Positions 38,885 through 50,400 of a stretch of 64,000 nt of DNA are shown here, piece by piece (the stretch's first letter is position 1; each line of letters begins with the position of its first letter). A model generated the notes under the pieces. The model was not told where the DNA came from, did not search any database, and was given only the letters and a program-made list of their open reading frames with translations. Position numbers and translations under genes: made by a program. Source of the DNA: an uncultured Pseudomonadales bacterium (GTDB lineage: Bacteria; Patescibacteriota; Microgenomatia; UBA1400; PJMF01); the NCBI GenBank assembly GCA_964648715.1, contig CAZYNM010000002.1, positions 25,056 through 89,055 of the forward strand, written 5' to 3'.

Positions 38885-41005
38885 CTAAGGTGCCGGAGTA
38901 GGAGAAGGCTTTGCACCTTCAAGCTCACCGCTGAGGGTGGTTTTCTTATCAGCTGGCACATCATTACTCACAGGCGCTTTGATGACGCTGCTCTCATTCT
39001 CTCCAAGACTTTGATCTAAAATTGAGGGAGGTTTCTTACCGTCGCTTGTTTGTTGTTGCTGAGTCGTCCCAGCTTTCTTTGCAGCATTCTTTTCATCTTC
39101 TGCAACCAATTTATTGATCTGCTCAAGCTCTGCACTAACCTTCTTATATTCCTCTGTCTCAGTTCCAGTTGTGCTCTGCAAGAGGGTTACTAGAGTAGCA
39201 TAGGATGCTTGAGCTTCTTTATGCGCGCCCAACTGCATATAAGCATATCCAAGATTGTAGTAAGCATTGGGAAAATCCTGCTTTATATCAACAGCTTGCT
39301 GGAATATGGAAGCGGCTTGTTGATATTGCTTTTGGTCAAGAAAGATACCTCCTAATGCAATTCTTAAACCTGGATTGGTGGGGTCATTGTTAATTGCTTG
39401 AATATAGGATTGTACGGCAAATTGATCCGCTTGATCTACAGCTCCAATCATGTTTTTGTATACTTGTGCGAGTACTGCCCAATTTTCAACATCGAGCGAA
39501 TCAAGCAGTGTTGCAGAACGTGCTTCACGAACTGCCTGTTGAAGAAGTTGCGCAATCTGTTGCTTTTCCGCATCTGTTACATCTGTTTTACTCGAGAGTG
39601 ATGTCGCGATAAACATATTTGTCAAAGCATAATCGCGTCGCAAGACGTCAATGTATGGATTGAGTTGAATAGCCTTTTGTTGCAATTCATAGGTCTTCAC
39701 CACATCTTGAGCAGCGAGTGCTCTTGATGCTTGCATAACTGTGTAGCTTGCCAAAGCAAACTTACTGAAATGGTAACCACTGAACAGCACACCAATTAAA
39801 AGTACCCCACTCATAATAAATACGGGGAATGAGGCTTTCTGAGCAGTGGCTCCATGTACATGAGGAGAGTCAACTTCCATGGTCATTGTTAAGGCTTGGA
39901 GCTTGAAAACAGGAAGCTTCTCACTTTGTGCAGCAAAAAGAGCAGTTATCAATACAGCCTGAACAATAACTATACTCAGCGTAGTAGGGAATAAAAGTTG
40001 GAGTACAAACAGAGCTGCTACCATAGCTGCCACAGCTCTTGATGTACCTGTGTAAGCTTGGAACATACGAACACTCTGCCATGCAACTAAAGTCCATGTG
40101 GCAAGTCCGAAGAAGCCCATCGTTACAAGTAGCGTAAATGGGACGTTGCTTGCTTGTGAGAAAGGTACATTCCAAGTGCTGAGTGCGTTCAACCAAATTG
40201 GTTTAAATCGCAAATACAAATTTGAATATGATGATGCACCACCACCAATAAGTGCTGCTTTTGGTGAACGTATGGTGTCAAGTGCAATAGACCAGCTGCC
40301 TGTCCACGAAGCAGTAGTGACGGCACCAGGTTTTCCAGGTAATACTGTCCACAAATGGAGGACAATTCCCACAACAAGTATGGGAGTAACTGCGAGCATC
40401 CATTTACTAATATGTTTGTGAGAAATCGCATCTACAGCAATACCAATCATAGCAATGATCAGAATTTGCAAAGCAAAGAAGCTACTTCCTGCAAGACTAA
40501 ACCCAGTAGCACCTGTTGTGGGAATTGTGACACCGAAGAGTGCATTAAGTAATTGAACTGGTCCATAGCCAATCATTTGTGCTGCCAATGCAACAGTAAG
40601 TACAACACCAATCGCGCCAAGCATTGGAAGCACTTTCTTGGCTAAGCCGGAACTCGCTACACTTCCACCTAAAAGGCTCATGATGACCAAAGCCATATAT
40701 GCGCCACCAAATCCCAACACTGCCTCTACAGGATAATTATTGGTGAAAAATGTAGATGCGGTAGCTGCAAGCCCAAACAAAAAGAGTGGCAAAGTAAGAG
40801 GTGAGATCTTAACCTCAATAGTTTTTTTGCTGAGGGTGTAAAAAATATATACTATCGCAGTAAGGAGTGTGCCAACTACAAAAAAAGCATACTTAGAAAA
40901 GAAGACAAAGTTATCAAAAAGAGGAACAACTGCCAACACACCCAAGACAAGCGTTGTGAGCAACACACTATCAATTGTTTTCTTGAGCATGTTTGTGGTA
41001 ACCAT
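38885..41005 (-). CDS. Polytopic membrane protein (>=10 TM helices) with C-terminal TPR repeats; O-antigen-ligase/Wzy-like architecture
   Basis: N-terminal 450 aa are continuous TM helices. C-terminal region has TPR-like repeats (AYYNLGYAYMQLGAHKEAQASY; WAVLAQVYKNMIGA...) and a Lys/Pro-rich tail. Confidence 0.5.
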   Translation of the reverse strand: MVTTNMLKKTIDSVLLTTLVLGVLAVVPLFDNFVFFSKYAFFVVGTLLTAIVYIFYTLSKKTIEVKISPLTLPLFLFGLAATASTFFTNNYPVEAVLGFGGAYMALVIMSLLGGSVASSGLAKKVLPMLGAIGVVLTVALAAQMIGYGPVQLLNALFGVTIPTTGATGFSLAGSSFFALQILIIAMIGIAVDAISHKHISKWMLAVTPILVVGIVLHLWTVLPGKPGAVTTASWTGSWSIALDTIRSPKAALIGGGASSYSNLYLRFKPIWLNALSTWNVPFSQASNVPFTLLVTMGFFGLATWTLVAWQSVRMFQAYTGTSRAVAAMVAALFVLQLLFPTTLSIVIVQAVLITALFAAQSEKLPVFKLQALTMTMEVDSPHVHGATAQKASFPVFIMSGVLLIGVLFSGYHFSKFALASYTVMQASRALAAQDVVKTYELQQKAIQLNPYIDVLRRDYALTNMFIATSLSSKTDVTDAEKQQIAQLLQQAVREARSATLLDSLDVENWAVLAQVYKNMIGAVDQADQFAVQSYIQAINNDPTNPGLRIALGGIFLDQKQYQQAASIFQQAVDIKQDFPNAYYNLGYAYMQLGAHKEAQASYATLVTLLQSTTGTETEEYKKVSAELEQINKLVAEDEKNAAKKAGTTQQQQTSDGKKPPSILDQSLGENESSVIKAPVSNDVPADKKTTLSGELEGAKPSPTPAP

Positions 41006-41099
41006 AGAGTGCCTCTCAGGTTGAAGAAAGTACCATTCATTTAAGCAAATGTGAGCCCCTCTTGTAAAGAGATAAATATGCTACACTTTGTAGGTAGCA

Positions 41100-41585
41100 A
41101 TGAAAAAAAAGACATCAGCTGGCATGACGCTCATTGAAGTTATGATTGTAGTAGGCACTCTTGTTGTCCTGATGACTGCACTTATGGTGAGCATTCTTCC
41201 TGCACTAGCTAAAGGAAGAGATGGAAGAAGAAAAGCAGATTTAGAACGTATTTCCAAAGCCCTTGAAGAGTATTATAACGATAATGGGGGATATCCAGCA
41301 TCCTTAGATACCTGTGGGAGGGGCACTGTCTTAGCTCCGTACCTCGCTGATGTGCCTTGTGATCCCATTACGAAAGAGGAGTACACCTATTATGTAAATA
41401 CTGATGATCAATGTACTCCTTTGTGTAGAAGTTACACCCTTTACACAAACCTTGATAATAAAAAAGATCCTCAAATTGAAAAAATAGGCTGTGGGGGGGC
41501 AAGTGGATGTTATACATCTGCACCACCCTCAAATACTAAATATAATTATGGTGTTGCATCTTCTAATAGATCGGTGAAACGGTAA
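41100..41585 (+). CDS. Type IV pilin / pseudopilin (prepilin-type N-terminal cleavage/methylation domain)
   Basis: MKKKTSAGMTLIEVMIVVGTLVVLMTAL: G|MTLIE class III signal peptide; Cys-rich C-terminal domain. Confidence 0.75.
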   Translation: MKKKTSAGMTLIEVMIVVGTLVVLMTALMVSILPALAKGRDGRRKADLERISKALEEYYNDNGGYPASLDTCGRGTVLAPYLADVPCDPITKEEYTYYVNTDDQCTPLCRSYTLYTNLDNKKDPQIEKIGCGGASGCYTSAPPSNTKYNYGVASSNRSVKR

Positions 41586-41608
41586 ACAAAATGTGCTACA
41601 ACTATAGT

Positions 41609-42142
41609 ATGCGGACAAAACGCGGTTTTACCCTTATAGAACTGTTGGTAGCTATAACCATACTGGGTGTTTTGGTATCGGTGGGATTAGGGGCTTTTGC
41701 TTCTTCCCAGAAGAAGGCTCGAGATTCTAAAAGAAAAACTGATCTAGAAAGCATCTCAAGAGCAATGGAGTTGTACTATAACGACTGCGGTGCATATCCC
41801 ACTACAAGTGGCTCGGGTGATATTGTTGGTTGTGGAAATACTGGAAGCTGTAATACGAGCGCTGCCACATGTACCCCCGGACAACAATGGATACGAAATG
41901 GCATTATTTATATGCAGGAACTACCTTCTGACCCACTTGGCAATTACTATTATGATTGGTCATCTAGTGGCTATGTTTTGTATGCTCGTTTAGAGAACAC
42001 CAGTGATAGCGCTGTGCCTCATTCTGGAGGCACGCCACTTGGATATAAAGATATTTGGTGCAGAGTCAGCCCTCATGATCAATGTAATTATGGATTAGCT
42101 GGTCCAGGGGCAAGCGTGAGCACGCTAACAGTGGTTGACTAG
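41609..42142 (+). CDS. Type IV pilin / pseudopilin
   Basis: MRTKRGFTLIELLVAITILGVLVSVGL (G|FTLIE). Track ORF starts 18 nt earlier (MCYNYS...), but the ATG at 41609 gives the canonical short leader. Confidence 0.75.
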   Translation: MRTKRGFTLIELLVAITILGVLVSVGLGAFASSQKKARDSKRKTDLESISRAMELYYNDCGAYPTTSGSGDIVGCGNTGSCNTSAATCTPGQQWIRNGIIYMQELPSDPLGNYYYDWSSSGYVLYARLENTSDSAVPHSGGTPLGYKDIWCRVSPHDQCNYGLAGPGASVSTLTVVD

Positions 42143-42145
42143 ATT

Positions 42146-42577
42146 ATGAAAAAGATAACGCAACTGAATGGCTTTACACTAATCGAGGTGCTCGTAGTAA
42201 TTTCTATCATTGGTATTCTTGCCTCGTTTATTTTACCCAACCTACTGGGAATGCGGCAGCGTGCAGCTGACACCAAAACAAAAAATAATATGAATCAGTT
42301 TAAGAACGCGCTCAGATTATATTATAATGATAACCAAGCATATCCAGATGTGGCAAGCGAAACAGACTGCAACGCAGCCTCATTAACATCTGCCCTGGCT
42401 CCTTATATCGACACAGATAATATTCCACTCGGTTGCAAGTATCTTGATCAAGACTCAGCAAATGGCTTTTATGCCTATGTTTCACTTGCTACAAGTGCAG
42501 GTACTGAGGATACAGAAAGTGCTGACCAATGTGGAAGAACGTCAATTGACCAGAGATATTATGTATGCGGCAAGTAG
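42146..42577 (+). CDS. Type IV pilin / pseudopilin
   Basis: MKKITQLNGFTLIEVLVVISIIGILASFILPNL (G|FTLIE). Confidence 0.75.
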   Translation: MKKITQLNGFTLIEVLVVISIIGILASFILPNLLGMRQRAADTKTKNNMNQFKNALRLYYNDNQAYPDVASETDCNAASLTSALAPYIDTDNIPLGCKYLDQDSANGFYAYVSLATSAGTEDTESADQCGRTSIDQRYYVCGK

Positions 42578-43047
42578 GTTTTACTCTCATTGAGATACTT
42601 GTGGTTGTAGCAGTAATTGGTGTATTGACTGCTGTTCTTCTTGTTAATATCACAAGCATACGTGAACGTGCTGCTGATACTAAAAAAATTCAAAAACTCG
42701 AGCAGTTTATGTTTGCGCTGCGTATGTATTACAACGATAATAAAAAATATCCTGAGACAGGTGGGCCGCAAAATGCGCGTAATATTACTGGAGCATCAAG
42801 CATATATATGAAGAAGTACTTTGGTGAGCTTATGTATTACAATCGTTTGCTTTCTCATAGGAATGCAGCAAATGAAATGCAGTTTGATGCAGTTGTGGCC
42901 TGCATAGTCGTTTCCAGTTCAAGCCAAAAAGAGATTGAGAGGTCGCAGGCAAAGTGCTTCCCCAATGGCATAGATGCAAACCAGGACAACGAACTTACTA
43001 TCTACAACTGCCGTAAGGCCACTTGCTACTGTGACTGTATCTTCTAG
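42565..43047 (+). CDS. Type IV pilin / pseudopilin
   Basis: MRQVGFTLIEILVVVAVIGVLTAVLLVNI (G|FTLIE). Overlaps the preceding pilin gene by 13 nt; Cys-rich C-terminus. Confidence 0.7.
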   Translation: MRQVGFTLIEILVVVAVIGVLTAVLLVNITSIRERAADTKKIQKLEQFMFALRMYYNDNKKYPETGGPQNARNITGASSIYMKKYFGELMYYNRLLSHRNAANEMQFDAVVACIVVSSSSQKEIERSQAKCFPNGIDANQDNELTIYNCRKATCYCDCIF

Positions 43048-43058
43048 TCTCACTCAGC

Positions 43059-44387
43059 TTATGGAGTTACTATCAAAGGAAAGTATAGGTAGTTTTTTTC
43101 TTCAACTGGTTTTTCTATCTCAGCAGGAAGTTGTGTGTGTGTATCAGGAGAACCATCTCCATTGGTATCGATAGCGATAGGAATATTAACATCAGCACCG
43201 TGGGACTGCTCTATAGCAGCGGCAACTTCACGTGTATTGAGACTTATGCTCCCAGAAGAAAATGAATCTGGACTGATGAAACTTTTGGTAGTTGTACCAT
43301 CCGCAAATCCTACGCTAAGTGTGAAGCCGTCTGCGTCGCCAGTTGTGGCTGCCACAGTGATATCATAGTCTGCGGTTGCAAGTGAGGTGGCCTCGGCTGC
43401 GCCCACTAATTCGTTGGATGAGAGCGATAGCTCTCCAGAAGTCTCAAAGTCTGACACTTCAACATGTGTGCCATCTGGACTGCTATTAAGACCAATGGTA
43501 TCACTCAACACAACCCCAGATATATCTAAGTTAATAGGAAGTGGAGTCGGGGATGATTGATCTGGAGTCGGAGTGATTATTGGTGTAGGCGTCAAATCTG
43601 GAGTTTCAGTAGGTGCTGTTGTTGCAGTTGACTCTGGGTTTTGAGTAGGCGCTTGAGTTGCAGTTGGCTCTTCTGTTGCAGTGGCTGCTGGAGTAGCTGT
43701 GGGCTCATCATCGTATGCACCAGCGCCTCTGAGCTGGAGTGCTGATTGGTGAGTGGTAGAAACCTCAACAGACGAAGTTAAATGTTCGCCTTCTTCATGG
43801 GTAAGTACTATTTTATTAAATAATTGATTGTTGGTATCAACAGTGTATACAGCTTTTTCTACCATATTTGGGCCAGTGGTAGAGAGGCTGGCAGTTTGAC
43901 CATCAAGAAAGGCCTCTGAGACTGATCCTTCTATGCCTGTTGTCGACATGCTGTCTTGTTGTGGATCCTCTTTGTGGATAGTTATTGGTTCATCCGCAAC
44001 TGGTTGATTATTCCTGTCATACACAGTGACTGAAATAATCGAGTACGTATCTTGTGAATGGTCTACTGTGGGAGTAGCTGTGGGCTCAGCTGGTGTAGGG
44101 GTAGCCGTGACATCTGCTTGTTGTTCACTTGTAGCGGTTGCAGTAGGTGCTTCTGGGGTGGGTGTGGAGACAGTAGGGGTTGGGGTCGCGGCTTCTGTTG
44201 TTGGTGTATCGGTAGGGTCAGGAATTGTTTGGTTAAATTCACGTCCTATGCTAGACCGATTGTTGATCACATTGAGCGCAGCATGAGCAACGGAGGGTTG
44301 ATCAGCACCATAGCTCATTCCTACGAACGCCATAAGAGCAGAAAGCAGCCCTGCCCCGATAAGTTGTTCACGCCGCAACATGCTCAT
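43059..44387 (-). CDS. Secreted Thr/Pro/Ala/Glu-rich protein (signal peptide, PT-linker repeats)
   Basis: MSMLRREQLIGAGLLSALMAFVGMSYGADQPSVAHA signal peptide; multiple TPTPT/ATATEEPTAT linkers. Starts 45 nt downstream of the giant gene stop on the same strand. Confidence 0.5.
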   Translation of the reverse strand: MSMLRREQLIGAGLLSALMAFVGMSYGADQPSVAHAALNVINNRSSIGREFNQTIPDPTDTPTTEAATPTPTVSTPTPEAPTATATSEQQADVTATPTPAEPTATPTVDHSQDTYSIISVTVYDRNNQPVADEPITIHKEDPQQDSMSTTGIEGSVSEAFLDGQTASLSTTGPNMVEKAVYTVDTNNQLFNKIVLTHEEGEHLTSSVEVSTTHQSALQLRGAGAYDDEPTATPAATATEEPTATQAPTQNPESTATTAPTETPDLTPTPIITPTPDQSSPTPLPINLDISGVVLSDTIGLNSSPDGTHVEVSDFETSGELSLSSNELVGAAEATSLATADYDITVAATTGDADGFTLSVGFADGTTTKSFISPDSFSSGSISLNTREVAAAIEQSHGADVNIPIAIDTNGDGSPDTHTQLPAEIEKPVEEKNYLYFPLIVTP

Positions 44388-44431
44388 AAAACCTCCGCCA
44401 TACTAGTACCTAGTATAGTACACTTTTTATA

Positions 44432-47400
44432 TTAATTCACGATCCACCAGTTGAAGCTCACATCGCCAGAAACTGCGGCGTCAAACCCCACTACAAACTT
44501 ACCTTCTTTTTCTGAGGTAGAAATGTTTTCTGTTGTTTGTGATTTGACATACAGCACTTGATTTTGAGTACTGCCAACAGGTGTTACATAGATAAGTGAA
44601 GTATCAGTTATACTTTCTGACTCAATGGTGATCTCTGAAGTGCCAGCGGGAACTTTTGCTTTTCCAGAAGTCTTTTGTGCAGAAACAGTAACGGAACTGC
44701 CGCTCGCTACAGAAGGAACTGCTATCTCTTCACTCCCAACACCAATGCCTCCAGCAAAGTTGGCTTTACCTTCTGCAGAAATTGTTGCAACAGGGGTGCC
44801 CAGTTCATTGATAATCTCAAAGCGTGATTTTTTAAGCTCACCAGATTGAGTAGAAATACCAGCCACTTGCACCTGGAATGGATTACCAAAGTCAGCTGGC
44901 TGAATGAGATTGGTAAGCAATGTATTCGTTTTGGTTTTACCAGCAATAGTAAGATCACCAGCAATAGTTGCGGTACCGTTTTGGAGCGTGATGAGGCCCG
45001 CCAAGATCTCTACTTTTCCTGTTCCACTTGGCTGAATTTGTAATACGGTGGTAGCTGGTGAAGTGCCAGTATACGCAATCACGCCGTCAGTGATGATAGT
45101 ACCGGCTCCAATCTGTAATGTCTCGCCAATTCCCAGTGCCTTAGTAACATAGGCCACACCATTCACCTCGAGATACTTACGCACAAAGACGGCAGCTGAA
45201 TCAATAAGTACATCACCGGTCACGAGTGAAACACCTTCGTGCTCAGCAAAGAACGTAGGATTCACTGGAGTGTAACCAGCTGAGCTGACTGGCTCGTATA
45301 CACTTATTGGATTCGCAGCGGGTGGAGGAGTTGGTTCATTGCCAGTCAAGAGATCTATAAAATTAGGCTGCTGGATGGCGCTGGCAATCTTAGCATCAAG
45401 GTCAGCAATATTTTGCGCGTACAAAGTGCCAGAGACTGTTGCATCAAACAGTTCTGCTGTGGTAGCTTGAACCGCCATTAATTGTGCCTGTTGTGCCTCA
45501 ATTTGTGCCAAGCGAGTACTGCCTGATATGGTGAGATTTTGTGCAATAAGTTCACCACTGATACTTGCAGTTTGAGCTGTTAAGCTGCCACTAATACTTG
45601 CTGATTCTGCCAGGAGAACGCCCAGCTGACTTTGACCGGTTGCAGTGAGTGTCCCTGCAACACTTAAATCTTGAGTAGAGAGTTGATCTACCGTTGCAAT
45701 CTCAGCATGGAGGCTTCCACTTACCGTAGCAACTTGTGTAGTCAGAGTAGTGGCATCAAGATTGGCTACACTTGCTCGCTCACTCACAAAGAGTTCTCTC
45801 GTCTGAAGGAAGCTGGTCTTCATTTTTGCGCTCATTACCTGTGCTGCTGCAATAATGTTGCTCAGAACAGTGCCATTTTGTTGAGCAGTAATGGTGTAAT
45901 TTGATTGTCCTGTACCGTTAAAAACTAATTCACCCTCAGAACCAAAAATCATGTTTGGATAGTAGTATCCTGCATGGACGTATAATAGAATTTTTCCTTC
46001 ACCTTGATCTGTAGGATCAATAGGTTCAGCGTTAAACTTAGCAATATTATTTGCACGGAGTGCTTCTTGTTCACGTGTGCCTGTTGAAACTATTGGAGAG
46101 TTTTCATTGAAGCTCTCGATTGCGTAACCAATAATCTTACCTGGTCTAATCGCTTTTGCAGCTACACCTGGGGTAGAGGATTCGGTTAATGCGTCACCTG
46201 CGGAGATTGGTCCATTGCTCAGATTGACTCTTACTGGCACTCTACCTGCAAGACCTATAGCTACTGGATTCTCTGTCGAGCTATAAAGCTCATGACCGAG
46301 CGGCTTCCCAAACTGACCTACAGGGAAGGTTGAGACTACGCCAAAAACTGAAGCTCCTTGAATTGATGAAGAACTAACCAATGTTGGGACTCCACTAATC
46401 TCAGTGAGAGAGACAACATCTCCTGGTCTAAGGCCAGCTTCAGCTCGGTAAAACTCGGCAATATCTGATGGAGTACCATTACATTCTCTGAATTCTGTAG
46501 CCGTACTTGTGCCGTCTGCTGTATTTTTGCAGACACCGATTGTTGTGTCATTTGCGGTATCAATGTCAAACTGTATTTGTCCTGCGACGTCAAGTTTCTG
46601 TGAAGCTGATGTAGCGCCAATGCCCACATTCGCCCCAGAGTTAAAATAAGATACAGTTGCCGAGTTTGCAGATAGCTTCACATCAATGTTGCCACTGAGG
46701 TCTTTGATATTGATATCACCATCCTGTGTACTTCCACCACCAATGTAGAGGTCATTACCTCCTTCGCCATACCACATGCCTACCTGCGTAGTTGTTGTGT
46801 TTGAGACCTGGAATGTTGTGCTAGACCCGTAGACGTGAAGTTTTGCTGTAGGCCCTGTTGTACCAACACCCACGTTGCCGGAGCTGTATGCATAGGCATT
46901 GAGGGTGATAGGGCTGGTACCTTTGGATAAGAAATTGAGATCTTGGTTGGTGTTTGTACCGGCTTGATAAATGGTGTTGTAACCAAATCCGATACCTTGT
47001 GTAGCGTTATCGTGCCTGAACTCTATGTTACCTGTACCACCACCTGTTTGCCCACTTTGCATGGTGCCGGTAACATACATTGTCTGTGTGTTCGTATGCG
47101 TGCCCGAACGTGTCGCACCACGAATATCCAGTTTACCCACCGTACTTGTAGTGCCTATACCCAGATTGCCACCATTAAAGTAACTATCACCTGCAGAGTT
47201 AAGAGTAACCGCTGTAACTGCTGAAAGGTTAAGTACATTAATGTTTCCATCTTGTGTTGAACTTCCACCAATATAGAGGTTGTTATTAGATTCTGAGTAA
47301 TACATGCCTCTCTGTGCTGTGGTTGTGCTGGCAATTTGGAAAGTTGTGTTTGCACCATAGACATTGAGATTGGTATTGGGTACTGTTGTGCCAATACCCA

Positions 47401-50400
47401 CATTCCCAGAAAAGTACGTGCGTCCGGATGTGCCTCCTGCTATGGTAAGGTGTGCCGCAGTATCATTGCTAATGGTGCCTCTCTGGATTAAAGAACCAGC
47501 ATTGTATAAAGTTCCACCATTATTAAACATGCCAGATGTAAATTCACACAGGGTACTTGAACCGACATTATTTTGACAGAAAATATCTGGGTAATTTGCT
47601 GAGACAGATTGTTTGAGTACTAGAGCAACTTCGCTGGATGAGCCAGAATCTACCTGCAGTCTTCCGGAAGTAGATGTGGTTCCTACACCCACATTTCCTG
47701 AAGACAGAAGCACCAAGTTATTTCTCCAATCCCATGCCGCGCCTGTGTAGTAGCGTGTTTGTAAATACATCCTTCCTGATGCATCACCATTGCTACTATT
47801 GTCTGCTGCACCTAGAATGCGTGCCTGATCCCAAATATTAGTACCATCAGTATTTGCAGCTGAAGCAAATGCGAGAGCAGCACCGTTTCCTGCAGTTCGA
47901 TTGCCTGTTCCATAAATACTGGCGTTTGAAGTAGTCACCGAATTGGTGTCTGATGCAGACTTGGCAGCTCCTACAACGTTGAAAGTAGTTAATGGGTTAG
48001 TAGTGTTGATACCTACATATCCATTACTATCAATATTAATTCTGTCGGCACCTGCAGTGGAATCATAGATTCTTAAATTGGTGCTAGGTGTTCCATTTCC
48101 CGCAATAATAGACCAGACTCTATCTGTTCCTGTCATGGTTGTTTTGAGGGAAATAGCCGCATGTGCGTCGTTTGAGACTGGCTCAATATACAGTTGTCCA
48201 GTCCATGGTGATCCTGCCGTTTCATCTTTTCTAATGTGTAAGCCGTTATTGGCAGTTGTAGTACCAATACCCACATTTCCACCACTCAAGGCCAAGAATG
48301 CTCCTTGTGAAGTTGTAAGCTCGCCATAGGCAAGGTTCTTACCTTGATAGTAACCAACATTAAGATTACTGGCTGTCTCCACACTGGGACTTTCATCAAC
48401 ACCAGTGACATGTACGCTTGCGACATCCCATGTAAAGGCAGCATTTGATCCGCTATCAACGTACCAGAATCCTATGGTGCTCAGGGTGCCGCCAGTTCCA
48501 ATTGTCTGCACGATAATGTACTCTTGCCAGTTGCCCGTGCCGGCTTGGGAAGTTAACCACTGGTAGTTACCTCCTGTGCCATATGCGTTGTTTGCATAAT
48601 ATAACGATCTACCAGATGGGATGTTTGCCCATATGCGCACAACATAGCGGTTACCTTCTCGGTAACAGTATGTATTCACGCCATTATTGGTGCCACCACA
48701 CACAGGAATGCTAGCGTAAAAGCCACCATATCCTGGATTTGGGTTACTATTTGGAGTACCCGTTCCATTGTATGAAATACGCAGTGCTTGCCCAGAAGTA
48801 TTGGGGGCAGTTGTACTCGCAACTGCACTCAAAGTTGTCTTTCCACCAGCTGAGTTATCATAGACAGTGTATCCAGTGGTGCCATCTAACATTTCTGCAT
48901 TCCGGTTGATTAATCTCCCTGCCATACTACCCAGCAAGTTGATAAGGTAGTTGTTGCGAGAAGCACTGTAATTTGTGGAGTTTCTTAAGTAAATGGAGCC
49001 AACGTTTGCTACCGCACTTGCATCAAATGTTGTGTTACCAGAAAGAACGTTGTAATCAAGAGAAGTGCCGTTTGTAGTAATAGTTAAGCCGTTACTCACA
49101 CCGGTTTGTCCGGCACGGAAGATGTTTGCTGAACCTGCTGCTACCTGGGTATCAAGTTTGTATGACGCCCCTGTTGTGCCAATACCCACGTTACCAGCAA
49201 ATGTGTTGATATCAGCTGAGCCAGCCTGAAGAATACCGTATCCAGTCCCTACACCAGATACATCCTGTGGCCAAATATACGCACCCACTGCATTGGTAAT
49301 TGCTCCAGCAGTGACAGCGGGAGAATTAGCATTGAGACCAACAGCTGTTGAGATGGTGCCACCAGCATTATTAAGCTTTATCCCAGTGTCTACACCGATA
49401 GCAGTGGGAATGGTGCCAGATCCAGTACTTTGTGCATAGAAGTATCCAGCTGTTACATTGCCAGTATTGCTGTTGCTGACAGTACCCTTAATACCGTAAA
49501 TACTACCCGCACTGTTAAAGCTGGTAGCTCCTGTGTCAAAGCTGAGTACATAGCTGCCAAAACTTTCGGTTGCACTGTTAAGACGTAATCGACCATTACT
49601 ATCAACCACGAAGTTGTCAGAACTACCAACAGTAAGCAAACCAGAAGGTGTTGTATCACCCACACCAACATTAGTGCCGTCATCCCACAAGACACCAGTG
49701 CCGATAGAGCCGGTGCCAGTCCATCGGGCAACTCTGTTGGTGACGCCACTACCAGTGACGAAGCTACCAGAACAATCAGTCAATACACCACTTCCGTCTT
49801 TACACACTGCTGTTGTGGTGCCCGCACCGTATGTTCGTACACGTAAGGTACCATTCACATCAAGAGTATTGGTGGGGCCTGTTGTGCCAATACCAGTATT
49901 CCCGTTGTTGAGTAGGGTAAGTTTGGCGGCAAGACCATTATCACCACCCGGTGAGGTTTGGAAGTCAAGTCTTCCACCATTGAGCATATCAATTGTACTG
50001 ACGGTGGTGTTACGTAGTACCAGTGAGCCAGAAGCAGATGCATCGCCAGCCACATCAAGTTTGGCAGTTGGGGTAGTGGAGCCCACACCAACATTACCAG
50101 TACCATTTGGAGAAAGTATGATGTGTCCATTCCCCGCGTTTGTAGCCAAAGTAAGGTTCCCAGTGCTTGTGCGAATGGTTGAGGCACCATTGCTTTCAAG
50201 TTGCCCACCTGATAAAACACTCCATTTTAAACTGCCATTTGTGTTGAAGCGAACAGCGTTGGCACCCGTAGCACTTATATCTAGGTTCCCTGCGTATGTG
50301 TATAGTGGACTATCGACAGAAGTGTTGAAATAGCCAGTTCCATATTTGAGTGAAGCAGTACCAAGGTTTAAGCCATTATTTGTAGCAGGCTGCAGAGCGG

